Assembly: GCA_963822965.1 (NCBI GenBank) | Contig: CAWGJT010000011.1 | Location: forward strand, 64,001 to 128,000 | DNA length: 64,000 bases | DNA from: an uncultured delta proteobacterium | GTDB taxonomy: Bacteria > Myxococcota_A > UBA9160 > UBA4427 | Reading direction: 5' to 3' | Shown: positions 11,247 through 21,335 of the stretch, piece after piece | How the letters are laid out: each line of letters starts with the position of its first letter | Numbering within the stretch: the first letter of the stretch is position 1 | Notes under the pieces: generated by a model | What the model saw: only the letters and a program-made list of their open reading frames with translations | Database searches by the model: none | What the model was told of the DNA's origin: nothing | Translations under genes and position numbers: made by a program

Positions 11247-12354
11247 CTACCCGCGCCGGCGAGCGAGTCCCCCGAGCGCGAGGAGCCCGGAGAGCAGCAT
11301 GACCGTCTCGCCCGGCTCGGGCACCACCCGGATCGAGGCGATCTCGACCAGGTCGGCGGTGACCTGGGGGTGGAGATGGTCGCGTCGCGCCGCCAGGGAT
11401 TCCTCGGACTCGGCGATGGCCGCGCAGGTCATCGTCGCGGTCGAGGCACAGACGCCAGCCGCCGTTCGAGTAGGCCACGTCGCGATCGGTGGTGCACGCG
11501 ACGCTCGGCGGGCCCGTGGCGCCGCTCCCGTCGCAGCTCGCCGACAGGTAGTAGGCACCGCCGGTCAGCGGGTCGGGCTCGAGCGCCATCTGCGAGAAGG
11601 TGACCAGCGCCCGCAGCCAGCCAGCCGGGCCGGTCTGGGACGGATCGGACGCGTCGAAGCAGCCGTAGCCGCCGGGCGGGTCGCTGGGCGCCGCCAGCAC
11701 GGGCAGCTCGGCGAAGACCTCGCGAAGGGGCGAAACGAGGGCCCAGCTGCCGCGCACCCGCGGCAGCGTGCCGATGGCGTCGACCACGTCCATGTCGGGC
11801 GCGACGACGGCGCCGAAGACCGTGAAGCCCTGGTCGATCGTGTCGAGGAACGAGTTCGTGTCCGCGAGGTTGATGAAGAACTCGCTGGTGGCGCTGTTCA
11901 CCTGCCCGCCGACGCGGGCCATGGCGAGGGTGCCCCGCAGGTTGGACTCGCCGGGCTCGTTCACCACCGGCGGGTCGCGCAGGATGCTCGAGAAGGTGTC
12001 GGTGTCGGCGTCGTACGCGTAGCCCCCGGCCTGGATCACGAAGGCGTCCACCGTGCGGTGCACGAAGGTGCCGTCGTAGCGCCCGCTCTCCAGGTAGGCC
12101 AGGAAGTTGTTGACCGTGCACGGCGCGACGTCCGGCCACAGCTCCACCGCGATCGGCCCGAGGGAGGTGTCGATCTCCACCTCCAGGGGGTCGGGCAGGC
12201 CCGGATCGACCGTGCACGGCCCGGGCGCAGCGGCCGCCGTCATCGGCAGGACCAGGCCGAGAGCCAGGCCGAGAAGCATGCCGAGACGAAAAGGGAGCAG
12301 CATCCACACCCGCAGCCGAGGCACCCGCATCCGCATCTCCCGCATCGCCCGCAT
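11247..12354 (-). CDS. Secreted cyclophilin-type PPIase with PEP-CTERM tail; frameshift at ~11450; start uncertain
   Basis: APCTVNNFLAY, HRTVDAFVIQAGG, RGTLAMAR, SATSEFFIN; C-terminal VPEPG-TM-RRRG in a second frame. Confidence 0.82.
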
Positions 12355-12590
12355 GCTAACGCGATCCGCGGGCGACCGGATCGGAAAAAGGCGGATCCGC
12401 GCGGGTGCCCTCGGACCCTCCGGACCGGATCTCGCCGGCAGTCGGAGCGCACCCGAGAGCGGACGAGCGCGGCGGCGCAGCGCTTCTCCCGGGCTGAGCC
12501 CACGCGAGCCCCGAGGCCGCGACCGGTCGTCTGGCATGAAGCTTGCTCTTCGTATCGGCACGCCCGAATGGACGGGCGGGAGACGGGCAG

Positions 12591-13145
12591 ATGGCGATGA
12601 GTCGTGCGGGACGTGCAGATTCTGCAAACAGGCAAGATACGCAGGGGAAGCCCGAGGGCGACGGAGAGCCGCCCGCGGACTCCGAGCGGCGGGAGCGGTC
12701 CACGTTCCTCTCCCTGGAGGAGATCCTCGACATCGTGGTGGCGGACTGCCGGTCGATCGCCGACCGCCTGCAGGCGATCCAGCACGAGGACGAGGACGAG
12801 CGACGCCGGCTCGCACTCTCGGGAATCGAGCGGCGCGAGCGCGAGCTGTGCGAGGTGCTGGTCGCATACCGGGAGCAGGCGCCCGCCTCGCTGCTGCGCA
12901 TGCAGGCCCAGTACGTGGCGGGCGGGCCCCTCGACCTGCCAACCGGGCCCGGGGGCGAGCTCGACGTCCAGGACGTCCGGGCCTTCGTGGTCTCGATCCA
13001 CGAATCGCTGGAGCAGATGCTCGAATCCCTGGCCTCGGATGCCGTGTCGGAGACCGAGGAGGAGGCATTCGAGGCCCTGGCCGGGGCGATCCGGGCGTCG
13101 AAGACCCAGCTGGCGCGCGGCGCGTTGGGGGTCGATGATCTGTGA
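12591..13145 (+). CDS. Hypothetical protein, helical, possibly ferritin-like
   Basis: Coding-like ORF with acidic amphipathic helices, upstream of USP. Confidence 0.55.
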   Translation: MAMSRAGRADSANRQDTQGKPEGDGEPPADSERRERSTFLSLEEILDIVVADCRSIADRLQAIQHEDEDERRRLALSGIERRERELCEVLVAYREQAPASLLRMQAQYVAGGPLDLPTGPGGELDVQDVRAFVVSIHESLEQMLESLASDAVSETEEEAFEALAGAIRASKTQLARGALGVDDL

Positions 13146-13198
13146 GAGCCCCAGGTGATCCTTCCACACGAGCCACCCCAGCAGGAGGCGCCACCCTC

Positions 13199-13672
13199 AT
13201 GAGCGACTACCACACGATCGTCGTGCCCTACGACTTCTCGGAGCACGCGCGTGCCGCGCTCGACACCGCGGTCGATCTGGCGCGCCGCCTGCAGTCCGAC
13301 ATCCACCTGATCCACATCGTGCAGCCGCCGTCCTACACCTACGCGCCGTACGGGACCTTCGGCGGGGCGACCGCCGTGCTGCCGCCGGCGAACCTGGAGC
13401 AGATCAAGGAGGGCGCGCGGGGATCCCTGCGCGAGGTGGCTGGAAATATCTCGAACCCGCCCGGCAAGGTCGAGGTGCACGTGCTCGAGGCGCCGAGCAT
13501 CGTCGGCGCGATCCAGACCCTCTCCGAGGAGCTCGGGGCCGATCTCATCGTGATGGGCACCCACGGCCGCGGCGGTCTCGCTCACGTCTTCCTGGGCAGC
13601 GTCGCCGAGCGCACGATCCGGGACGCGCCCTGTCCCGTGCTGACCGTCCGCGCTCCGGAGGAGAGCTCATGA
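13199..13672 (+). CDS. Universal stress protein
   Basis: IVVPYDFSEHA, ADLIVMGTHGRGG, LGSVAERTIR, PCPVLTV; GGAGG RBS. Confidence 0.93.
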   Translation: MSDYHTIVVPYDFSEHARAALDTAVDLARRLQSDIHLIHIVQPPSYTYAPYGTFGGATAVLPPANLEQIKEGARGSLREVAGNISNPPGKVEVHVLEAPSIVGAIQTLSEELGADLIVMGTHGRGGLAHVFLGSVAERTIRDAPCPVLTVRAPEESS

Positions 13673-14001
13673 CCCGAGAGCACGACGAGCCGGAGACCCT
13701 CAGCCAGGCCGTGCAGAGACTCGAAGCCGCGGGCTACCGCGACTCGTTCCAGCCGTCCGGAGGCGGGCTGAAGTCGCTCCACGCCGGCCGGGTGCACGCC
13801 CCCGAGGCGCTGCTGGTGGACGAGATCGTGCGCTTCGAAGGCTCGTCCGATCCCCAGGACGAGTCCATGCTCTTCGCCCTGCGGTCCCCCGACGGCAAGG
13901 TGCGTGGCACCCTGGTCGCCGGCTACGGCACGCAGACGAATCCCGAGAGCGCCGAGGTCATCCGCCGCCTGCACGCGGCGGCGCGCTCCCGGCAGCGTTG
14001 A
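13669..14001 (+). CDS. Conserved hypothetical protein
   Basis: TLSQAV..L...GY, RFEGSSDPQDESMLFAL; coupled to USP. Confidence 0.65.
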   Translation: MTREHDEPETLSQAVQRLEAAGYRDSFQPSGGGLKSLHAGRVHAPEALLVDEIVRFEGSSDPQDESMLFALRSPDGKVRGTLVAGYGTQTNPESAEVIRRLHAAARSRQR

Positions 14002-14023
14002 AGGTCCGGGCAAAGGGGGCGGC

Positions 14024-15004
14024 GTGGGAAGGCTCGTCGAAGGCAAGTGGGTGGACCAGTGGTACGACACCGCGTCCACCGGCGGTCGCTTCGTGCGCCA
14101 GGACAGCGGCTTCCGCGACCAGGTGCGCGCCGACGGCTCCACACGCTTCGCGCCCGCCGCCGGTCGCTACCACCTCTACGTGTCTCTGGCCTGTCCGTGG
14201 GCCCACCGCACCCTCATCGTGCGCAAGCTGAAGAAGCTCGAGACGACGATCTCCGTGTCCGTCGTGCACCCGTACATGGGCGCCGAGGGCTGGTCGTTCG
14301 AGAACCCGGACGACACGCCGGGCGTCACCGGCGATTCCGTGAACGGCGCGCAGCGCCTCCACGAGATCTACACGCGCGCGGTGCCCGACTACACGGGCCG
14401 GGTCACCGTGCCGGTGCTGTGGGATCGCCGGGAGCAGACCATCGTGAACAACGAGTCGTCGGAGATCATCCGCATGCTCGGGCGGGAGTTCGACGCCTTC
14501 GGCGACGCGAGCCTCGACCTCTACCCCGAGGCCCTGCGCGACGAGATCGACCGCGTGAACGACTTCGTCTATCCCAACGTCAACAACGGCGTCTATCGCT
14601 GCGGCTTCGCGACCACCCAGGAGGCCTACGCGGAGGCCTTCGGCGAGCTCTTCGACGCCCTCGACCGCCTGGACGAGCGGCTCGCCGGCCGCCGCTACCT
14701 GGTGGGCGAGCGCATCACCGAGGCGGACTGGCGCCTCTTCACCACCCTGGTGCGCTTCGACGCCGTCTACGTCGGTCACTTCAAGTGCAACCTGCGGCGC
14801 ATCGCCGACTACCCGAACCTCTCGGGCTATCTGCGCGAGCTGTACCAGTGGCCGGGCGTGGCCGAGACAGTGAGCTTCGAGCACATCAAGCGGCACTACT
14901 ACCAGAGCCACCCGAGCATCAACCCCACAGGCATCGTGCCGCTCGGGCCGGAGCTGCAGCTGGCGCTGCCGCACGGCCGCGACGCCCTGCCGGCCGCCGT
15001 CTGA
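14024..15004 (+). CDS. yqjG: Glutathionyl-hydroquinone reductase (Xi-class GST)
   Basis: GRLVEGKW, RYHLYVSLACPWAHR, TVPVLWD, NNESSEI, NNGVYRCGFA, HFKCN. Confidence 0.92.
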   Translation: MGRLVEGKWVDQWYDTASTGGRFVRQDSGFRDQVRADGSTRFAPAAGRYHLYVSLACPWAHRTLIVRKLKKLETTISVSVVHPYMGAEGWSFENPDDTPGVTGDSVNGAQRLHEIYTRAVPDYTGRVTVPVLWDRREQTIVNNESSEIIRMLGREFDAFGDASLDLYPEALRDEIDRVNDFVYPNVNNGVYRCGFATTQEAYAEAFGELFDALDRLDERLAGRRYLVGERITEADWRLFTTLVRFDAVYVGHFKCNLRRIADYPNLSGYLRELYQWPGVAETVSFEHIKRHYYQSHPSINPTGIVPLGPELQLALPHGRDALPAAV

Positions 15005-15029
15005 AGGCGATGCGCCCGTGCGCGAGGCG

Positions 15030-16133
15030 TCAGGGACCCGCGCGCAGCCCCGCCAGCCAGCCGGTATCGACCGCCGTCGCACGCGCCAGCCGGCGCACCT
15101 GCCAGTGCGCGGCGACGATTGCGAACGCGTAGGCGCCCGCCACCGCCAGCCGGGTGCCGGTCTCGAGCGCCGACTCGCGCACGAAGCTCTCGGTGAGCGC
15201 CGCCAGCAGGAAGAGCGGGACGGCGGTGGCCACCAACACCAGGGCGGGTAGCGAGTCCTCCCGCAGGGCCACGGCGCGCCGGCGCCGGCCCGGCGCCGCC
15301 ACCGCGGCGCCGAGCACGAGGCCGCCCGCACAGCAGAGCGTGATGGCGGTGAGCTCGGGAATCGCGTGCGGGGCGAGCCAGGCCAGGAACGGAACGGGGG
15401 CCGCGTCCCGGAAGAACAGGCTGCAGAAGGCGCCCAGCATCATGCCGTTGTAGAGCTGCAGCAGGGCGCTCGGCACCCCCGCCAGCATGCCCGTCGCGAA
15501 GGACAGGATGCCCACGCGCGTGTTGTGCGCGAAGAGCTGGGAGCCGAACAGCAGGTTCCGGCTCGCGGGCGTCTCGGAGCGCTCGAGGAAGTCCGCGCGG
15601 GCCTCGGGCGACGCCCACAGGCGATCGATGTGCTCGGCGTCGTAGCCGAAGCCGACCGGCAGCATGGCGTACAGGGCCGCGGGATCGCGTCGGGTGAGGG
15701 TGGCGCCCATGGTGGCGCCGATCACCAGCAGCAGCCACGCCAGCGCGAGCGCCCGCCACGTCGTGCGCAGCAGGTGTGGCAGGTCGCGGCTCCACCGCCG
15801 GTGCTCCCGGCTCGCGCCCTCGGCGGCGGAGTAAAGAAAGGCGTACGCTCGGACGCAGAGTCCGTTGAGGTGACGGACGGCGTCGGGGTCGGCGGCGCGG
15901 TCCCGCAGGCGCGAGAGCCGCGCGCTGTGGGCGCGATAGAGGCTGGCCAGCTCGCGCAGGTCGTCGAAGGGAAGCCCCCGGGCGCGCAGGTGCTCGCAGC
16001 GCTCCACGAGCCGCTCGAAGCGTTCGAGCTCGAGCTGGGGGTGACGTCGGGCCGGCCCCCTCCTCTCCGGAGCCGGCTCGAGAAGAGGCTCGCGAGCACG
16101 CTCGGGAACACGCGGGGCGCCGTGAGCCTCCAT
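15030..16133 (-). CDS. SpoIIM-family (DUF95) membrane protein
   Basis: LASLYRAHSARLSRLR, LFAHNTRV, NGMMLG, PHAIPELTAI, AALTESF. Confidence 0.85.
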   Translation of the reverse strand: MEAHGAPRVPERAREPLLEPAPERRGPARRHPQLELERFERLVERCEHLRARGLPFDDLRELASLYRAHSARLSRLRDRAADPDAVRHLNGLCVRAYAFLYSAAEGASREHRRWSRDLPHLLRTTWRALALAWLLLVIGATMGATLTRRDPAALYAMLPVGFGYDAEHIDRLWASPEARADFLERSETPASRNLLFGSQLFAHNTRVGILSFATGMLAGVPSALLQLYNGMMLGAFCSLFFRDAAPVPFLAWLAPHAIPELTAITLCCAGGLVLGAAVAAPGRRRRAVALREDSLPALVLVATAVPLFLLAALTESFVRESALETGTRLAVAGAYAFAIVAAHWQVRRLARATAVDTGWLAGLRAGP

Positions 16134-16244
16134 GATCGGACAGGGTGGCGGATCGTCGTCTCGGCGCAAGACTGCAGTCGGGCGCTCGAACGCCGATAAC
16201 GGCCGGTAGCGAAGGCCGATGAGCAGCGAGGAGCCGCACAGCAC

Positions 16245-17129
16245 ATGAGCCAGGCGAGCTCGGGCATGGATACGGCGCTGCGACGCGAGAGCTCCCTCGG
16301 GAGCGCCCAGGTCGTGCGCTCGCCCGAGCAGGTGGCGCTGGACTTCGAGCTGGCCGGACCCATGAGCCGCATGCTGGCCTTCAGCGTCGACTACGGCATC
16401 GTGCTCGTGCTGGAGGCGCTGATCTTCACCGCCCTGATCTTCGTCGCCATGTCGATGGCGAACCTCGAGCAGATCCAGCGGGTGGGAAGCTGGGTCGAGG
16501 ATGCCCGCGCCGGCCTCGAGCGGGGCGAGTTCCAGCCCGGGAGCTGGCTGCTGATGGCCATCGCCGTGTGGGTGGCGGTGGACTTCGTGCTGCAGTGGGG
16601 ATACTTCGTGACCTGCGAGCTGCTGATGCAGGGACGGTCGCCCGGCAAGGCGATGATCGGCCTGCGCGTGGTGCGCGACGGCGGGCTGCCCGTGACCCTG
16701 CGCGAGTCGCTGCTCCGCAACCTCCTGCGCATGGTGGACATGCTGCCCAGCCAGTACCTGGTGGGCTTCGTGTCCATGGTGCTCTCGAAGGACGTCCGCC
16801 GCCTGGGCGACTTCGCGGCAGGAACCCTGGTGGTGCGCGAGGAGCGGGCCGCGCCCGCCCGTCCCATCCAGGCGGATCTCGACCCCGCTCCCGGGCGCAG
16901 CGCCTTCCGCTTCGACCACGCCCAGCTCTCGGCGCTCGGCCCCGTGGAGCTGCGGCTCGTGCGCCAGACCCTGCGGCGCATGGACGAGCTGCCCACCTGG
17001 CGGGCGCGGGAGGTGCTGGCTCGCACCACCGAGGCCGTCACCCGGCGAATCGGCTGGAGCGAGCCCCTGGCGCCCGCCGCGCGGCGCGACTTCCTGATGG
17101 CCCTGCTGCGGGACGCCGAGCGTCGCTAG
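16245..17129 (+). CDS. RDD-family membrane protein
   Basis: PEQVALDFELAG..SRMLAFSVD, GRSPGK, RNLLRMVD, RRLGDFAAGTLVV. Confidence 0.9.
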   Translation: MSQASSGMDTALRRESSLGSAQVVRSPEQVALDFELAGPMSRMLAFSVDYGIVLVLEALIFTALIFVAMSMANLEQIQRVGSWVEDARAGLERGEFQPGSWLLMAIAVWVAVDFVLQWGYFVTCELLMQGRSPGKAMIGLRVVRDGGLPVTLRESLLRNLLRMVDMLPSQYLVGFVSMVLSKDVRRLGDFAAGTLVVREERAAPARPIQADLDPAPGRSAFRFDHAQLSALGPVELRLVRQTLRRMDELPTWRAREVLARTTEAVTRRIGWSEPLAPAARRDFLMALLRDAERR

Positions 17130-17358
17130 CGGCCGGCGCCCGATAGCACTGCATCTTCGCGACCTTCTCGCTCCGGCCGTCCTCGGCGTACCTGAGTACG
17201 CCTCCGGGGGCCTCCGCTCCGAGGGCCGCGAATCTGCAGCACTCTCGACCGCCTCCGATCCCCCCTCCACCCGAGAGGCCATCCCGGCCGGCGGTCGTCG
17301 CACGGCGAGGCTCGATCCCCTCTCCATCCGAGAGGCCAACCCGCCGATACGGGAACCC

Positions 17359-18908
17359 ATGCGGGATCTCGACAAGCCGCCCGGCAACGCCCGGATCGCG
17401 GCCGCGCTGCTGGACGTGCTGACCGCGGTCGGGTCTGGCGCCAGCCGGACGCGTGCCGAACGGGCCCTCGAGAACGGTCCCCCGCGTCGCCGTCGCACGG
17501 ACTGGATCGAGACGGACCGCATTCGCGACGCCTTCCGGGCGGCCGGCGTGGGTCCGAAGCTCGCCCGCCGGGTGGGACGCGAGCTGGTGGCCCCGGAGGC
17601 CATCGGGCTGCTCCTCAGCTTCACGGGCATCGCCACGCCCGAGAAGGCCTACCGGCGCTGCGAGGCGCTGCTGCCTCGGGAGGACCCCGGGCGACCACTT
17701 CCACGCCGTCCACATCCAGGAGGGGAGGGCGCGCGTCGAGTTCCGTCCCGCGCACCCGTCTCCCCACGACGTCCTCTTCTGCGCCCTGCGCGTCGGCATG
17801 CTCGAGGCGATGACCCCACTGTACGGCCTGCTGCCGGCGCACGTGGACGAGACCGACTGCGCCCATCGCGGGGGTTCCGCCTGCGTGTACGAGGTGCGCT
17901 GGCAGCGCACGCCGCGCACCGGCCTCATGATTGGCGCCGGGGTGGGCGCCGTGCTGGGCGGCGCGGCGGGCGCCGGGCTGGCGGTGCTGGGCGGCATGGC
18001 CGGCATCTGGGCGGTGGGCATCGGCCTGCTCGTCTCCCTGACGGCTGCCTCCGCGGGGCGTTCGGTGGACCTGGCGCGTCAGCTCGACGCCGTGGCCCGG
18101 GGCGGGCTCGGCCAGCTCGCGCTCCTCGACCAGGCGGACGGCGTGCTGGCGGAGAAGATGGACGTGCTGGCGAAGCTCGAGAAGGCGAGCGCCAACACCG
18201 CCGCCGAGCGGACGCCTCGGATCGACGCCCCTGCGCGGCCAGGAGAGCGCGCGCGAGGCGCCGGCACTGGCGCGCCGGCTGCATCGTCCGGTGGCCAGCC
18301 TGCAGCGTCTGCTGGAGGAGCTGCGGGGGGCTCTCGTCGCGAGCGCCGAGGCGACCGGCCCACGGCGGAGCTCGAGCTGCTGGACGAGTGCGTCGAGCAC
18401 ACCCGCGACCTGCAGACCATCGGGGCCGATCTGGTGGAGGGCGCGGACGTCGCGACCCACGAGCCCGCGGATCTCGCGGATATCGCGCGGCGCGGCGTGG
18501 CGGCGGTGCTGCCCGGGCAGCCGGACGATCTGGAGATCGCCGTCTCCCTCGAAGCCGACCCGGCCTTCGTGCGCTGCCAGCCCTTCCAGATCGAGCAGGT
18601 GGTGATCCAGCTCGTCACCAACGCCGCCACCGCCATGGAGGGCAAGGGCCGCGTGGAGGTGGAGCTGCGGAAGTGTCCCGGAGGGCTTCGAGCTGTCGGT
18701 CACCGACAGCGGCGACGGCATCGACCCCGAGGTGCTCGACGGTCTCTTCGATCCGTTCTTCCAGTCGCCGGACGCGCCCGACGGCGGCCTGGGCCTGGCC
18801 ATCTGCTACCGCATCATCGACCGGCACGGCGGCGAGCTGTCGCTGCACAGCGAGCCGGGCCGCGGCACCCGCGTGGCGGTGGTGCTGCCCACCTGCGTGG
18901 GCCGCTGA
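17359..18908 (+). pseudogene. Sensor histidine-kinase-like gene (V4R-like sensor, 2 TM, HATPase) with ~4 frameshifts; may be sequencing error
   Basis: C...G/ETDCAHRGGSACVYEVRW; QLVTNA, DSGDGI, LFDPFF and GLGLAIC boxes spread over frames, with shifts near 17690, 18245, 18360 and 18675. Confidence 0.7.
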
Positions 18909-18918
18909 GGCGCTCGCC

Positions 18919-19827
18919 TCACGCCGGCTCTCCGCCCGGGGGCGGCCGGCGCTTCGCCCGGGACGACAGGGCCTCCAGGGTCACCGCCCCGGCCACCACC
19001 ATGGCGCCCGCGACGGCCACCGCGCCCACGGGCTCGCCCAGGGCCAGGGCGCCCGCCGCGAGCCCCACCACCGGCTGCAGGAACACGAAGGCCGCCATGG
19101 TGCTCACCGACGTCTGACGCAGGGCGAAGTTCCACGTCCAGGTGCCGAAGGCGGTGGCCACGAAGGCCAGCACCACCACCCACACCAGGCCCTGCCGCGC
19201 CTTCTCGGCGTCGAAGGGCTCGGGCCAGGCCAGCAGCCCGATGGGCACCAGCGAGAGCGCCACGATCGTGAGCGAGATGCGCATGGGGTCGTGGCGCGCG
19301 AGCAGCGGCTTCGTGGCCACGGTGTAGATCGCCCAGGAGAGGTGGCCCACGGCGATCAGCACGTCGCCCAGCGGGTCGCTCACGCTCGGGTCGAGCCGCC
19401 CCTGGGAGACGACGGTGACGGCGCCCGCCGTTCCCAGCAGCACCGCCAGGCTGCGCGCCGGGTTCAGGCGATCGCCCAGGAAGAGAACGCCTCCGATCAC
19501 GATGCCGATGGGCTCGAGCGGCGTCAGCAGCGCGCCCATGGTGCCCGTCGAGCGCGAGATGCCCAGGGCCAGCAGCGCCTGGGGCAGGGCGAAGCCGCCC
19601 CACGCCGCCGTCAGCAGCAGCACCCAGTCCCGCCGGGTGAAGGGCACCGGCGCTGCAGCCACGCGCCGCGCGCGCGCCATGGCGAACAGGATCGCCATCC
19701 CCAGCAGCTGCCGGAAGAAGATCATCGTCCACGGCTCGAGGCCCTGGAGCGCCAGCTTCGTGAAGATCGAGGCCAGGCCGCCGCAGGTCTGTGTCGCCAG
19801 GATCGCCAGCAGGACGGCCGGAGTCAT
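18919..19827 (-). CDS. DMT/EamA family transporter
   Basis: About 10 TM helices with two EamA repeats (LEPI..., FLQPVV...LGE). Confidence 0.88.
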   Translation of the reverse strand: MTPAVLLAILATQTCGGLASIFTKLALQGLEPWTMIFFRQLLGMAILFAMARARRVAAAPVPFTRRDWVLLLTAAWGGFALPQALLALGISRSTGTMGALLTPLEPIGIVIGGVLFLGDRLNPARSLAVLLGTAGAVTVVSQGRLDPSVSDPLGDVLIAVGHLSWAIYTVATKPLLARHDPMRISLTIVALSLVPIGLLAWPEPFDAEKARQGLVWVVVLAFVATAFGTWTWNFALRQTSVSTMAAFVFLQPVVGLAAGALALGEPVGAVAVAGAMVVAGAVTLEALSSRAKRRPPPGGEPA

Positions 19828-19845
19828 GGGAGGAGATCGCGGAGA

Positions 19846-20547
19846 TCAGTCGGCCGGAGGGGGATCCGGCGCAGGGAGGGGGCCGGTGAGGGAGGCCCGC
19901 TGGGAGATCTCGATCCAGCCGCCGGCCGGGTCGCGCACCATGGAGAAGACCGCCACCTCGCCCATGCGGCGGGGCGGCAGCCCTTCCCGGCCGCCCTTCG
20001 CCAGGATGCGCGCATGCTCGGCCCGGCAGTCGAAGACCTGGATCGTGAGATAGCGGTAGCCGCGCCCCGCGAGCCCCGGGTGGACGGCGGCCCCGGCGTC
20101 TTCCTCGAGCAGCAGCAGCGAGTCGCCGCAGCGGAAGGCGTCCGGGCCGGCGCCTTCCAGGCCCAGCACGTCGCCGTAGAAGGCGCGCTGGGCCGGCAGA
20201 TCGGGGGCTGCGATGCGCACGGCCACGCCCGCGACGCCGGCCTCGCCCGGGGGCACGAGCCGCACGCGATTGCCGTCGGGATCGACGAGCGAGCGCTCTT
20301 CGGCCAGGCCCGGCCGGGCGATCCACAGCTCCCGCAGGCCCGTGGGCGGCCCTTCGGGCAGCCCGTTCCGGCTGTGGTTCAGCTTGAAGACGCTGCCGTT
20401 CATGGCGTGGCGGTGCTGCATGTTCCCGCCGCCCGTGGGGAGCGCCTCCTCGAAGAGCAGTCCCACCTCCTGCTGCCAGAAGGCCAGCATGGGCTCTGCG
20501 GTGTCGGTCATGACGGCGACGTCGAGGTGGGGCTTGGCGAGCTTCAT
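19846..20547 (-). CDS. VOC/glyoxalase family protein
   Basis: FYGDVLGLE, DPDGNRVRLV, RDPAGGWIEI. Confidence 0.85.
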   Translation of the reverse strand: MKLAKPHLDVAVMTDTAEPMLAFWQQEVGLLFEEALPTGGGNMQHRHAMNGSVFKLNHSRNGLPEGPPTGLRELWIARPGLAEERSLVDPDGNRVRLVPPGEAGVAGVAVRIAAPDLPAQRAFYGDVLGLEGAGPDAFRCGDSLLLLEEDAGAAVHPGLAGRGYRYLTIQVFDCRAEHARILAKGGREGLPPRRMGEVAVFSMVRDPAGGWIEISQRASLTGPLPAPDPPPAD

Positions 20548-20726
20548 TGGCCGGCGCTCCGTGAGCCCGCGAGGGTAGGCCGTTCGAGCCCCCCGGGCCG
20601 CCACAGAGGCCCCCCGACGGGTGTGGGGGTTGCATCCCGGCGATGCGTACCTACTCTCCCGCGCCTGCCGGCACCGGGGCTCGCTTCCGAGACCCGTGCT
20701 GCCGATGGACGAGATGGATTCAAGAA

Positions 20727-21088
20727 GGGGGCGATCTGGCTTCGACGGGTAGTCGAAGATTCGTGCTGCGTGCCGACGTCGTCACACCGTCGTGAAACAG
20801 GTGGCAAGTTGGTAGACATAACTGCCGACAACTACGCACTCGCTGCCTAGCTGAAACTGGGTTAGCGACATCCGTCCGCGACGCCTTCTAGCGGGTAGCG
20901 GGTGTCATCAGAAGGCTGGCTTCCCCGGCGCTGACAGGCCGCACGTGGGAGGCGAGACCGATGTCTGTCTAGGGCCCCGTACTCCCGACTTCGAGATCGC
21001 GGTGCCCGAAACTGATCGAAGTCTACGCACGTAGACGCGCGAATTGGAAGCTACGCGGACGCGGGTTCGATTCCCGCCGCCTCCACCA
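20727..21088 (+). ncRNA. ssrA: tmRNA; tag reading frame (A)ADNYALAA* at 20824-20850
   Basis: 5' GGGGGCGATCTGGCTTCGAC; ATAACT|GCC resume context; 3' GACGCGGGTTCGATTCCCGCCGCCTCCACCA pairs with the 5' end. Confidence 0.96.
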
Positions 21089-21335
21089 TTTTGTCAACCA
21101 TTTCGAAGGGTCAATCTGCCTGGCTGCGATCCTCTGCAAACCCGCATCCCCAGCTCCAAAGTCCAGCGATTCCGGGGCGTTGTGCATGCGGCCTCCGACG
21201 GCGGGACAGATCGCCTACTCGTTCAGACCCCAGGCATCTCCTTCGCGGCGTGACTCCCAATGTGCGGCTGACGTGCCCGCGGCACCGTGACTGCTCGTAG
21301 ACTGCACGCGGGGATTCGACTCGGTGCGTGGTCCC

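Noticed and set aside
8233..13200. 1655-aa ORF as a single protein
   Set aside because: Chance in-frame concatenation of cyclophilin, the PLD N-terminus and EEP through GC-rich linkers and frameshifts.
8246..14020. TGAAGGTCCGGG after two stop codons (8246 and 13999)
   Set aside because: 12-bp match with no shared structure; the first copy overlaps coding sequence.
17359..20850. 1163-aa ORF ending in the tmRNA tag
   Set aside because: Mostly an antisense shadow of the DMT and VOC genes with Arg/Gly/Pro-rich composition; the in-frame tag is coincidental.
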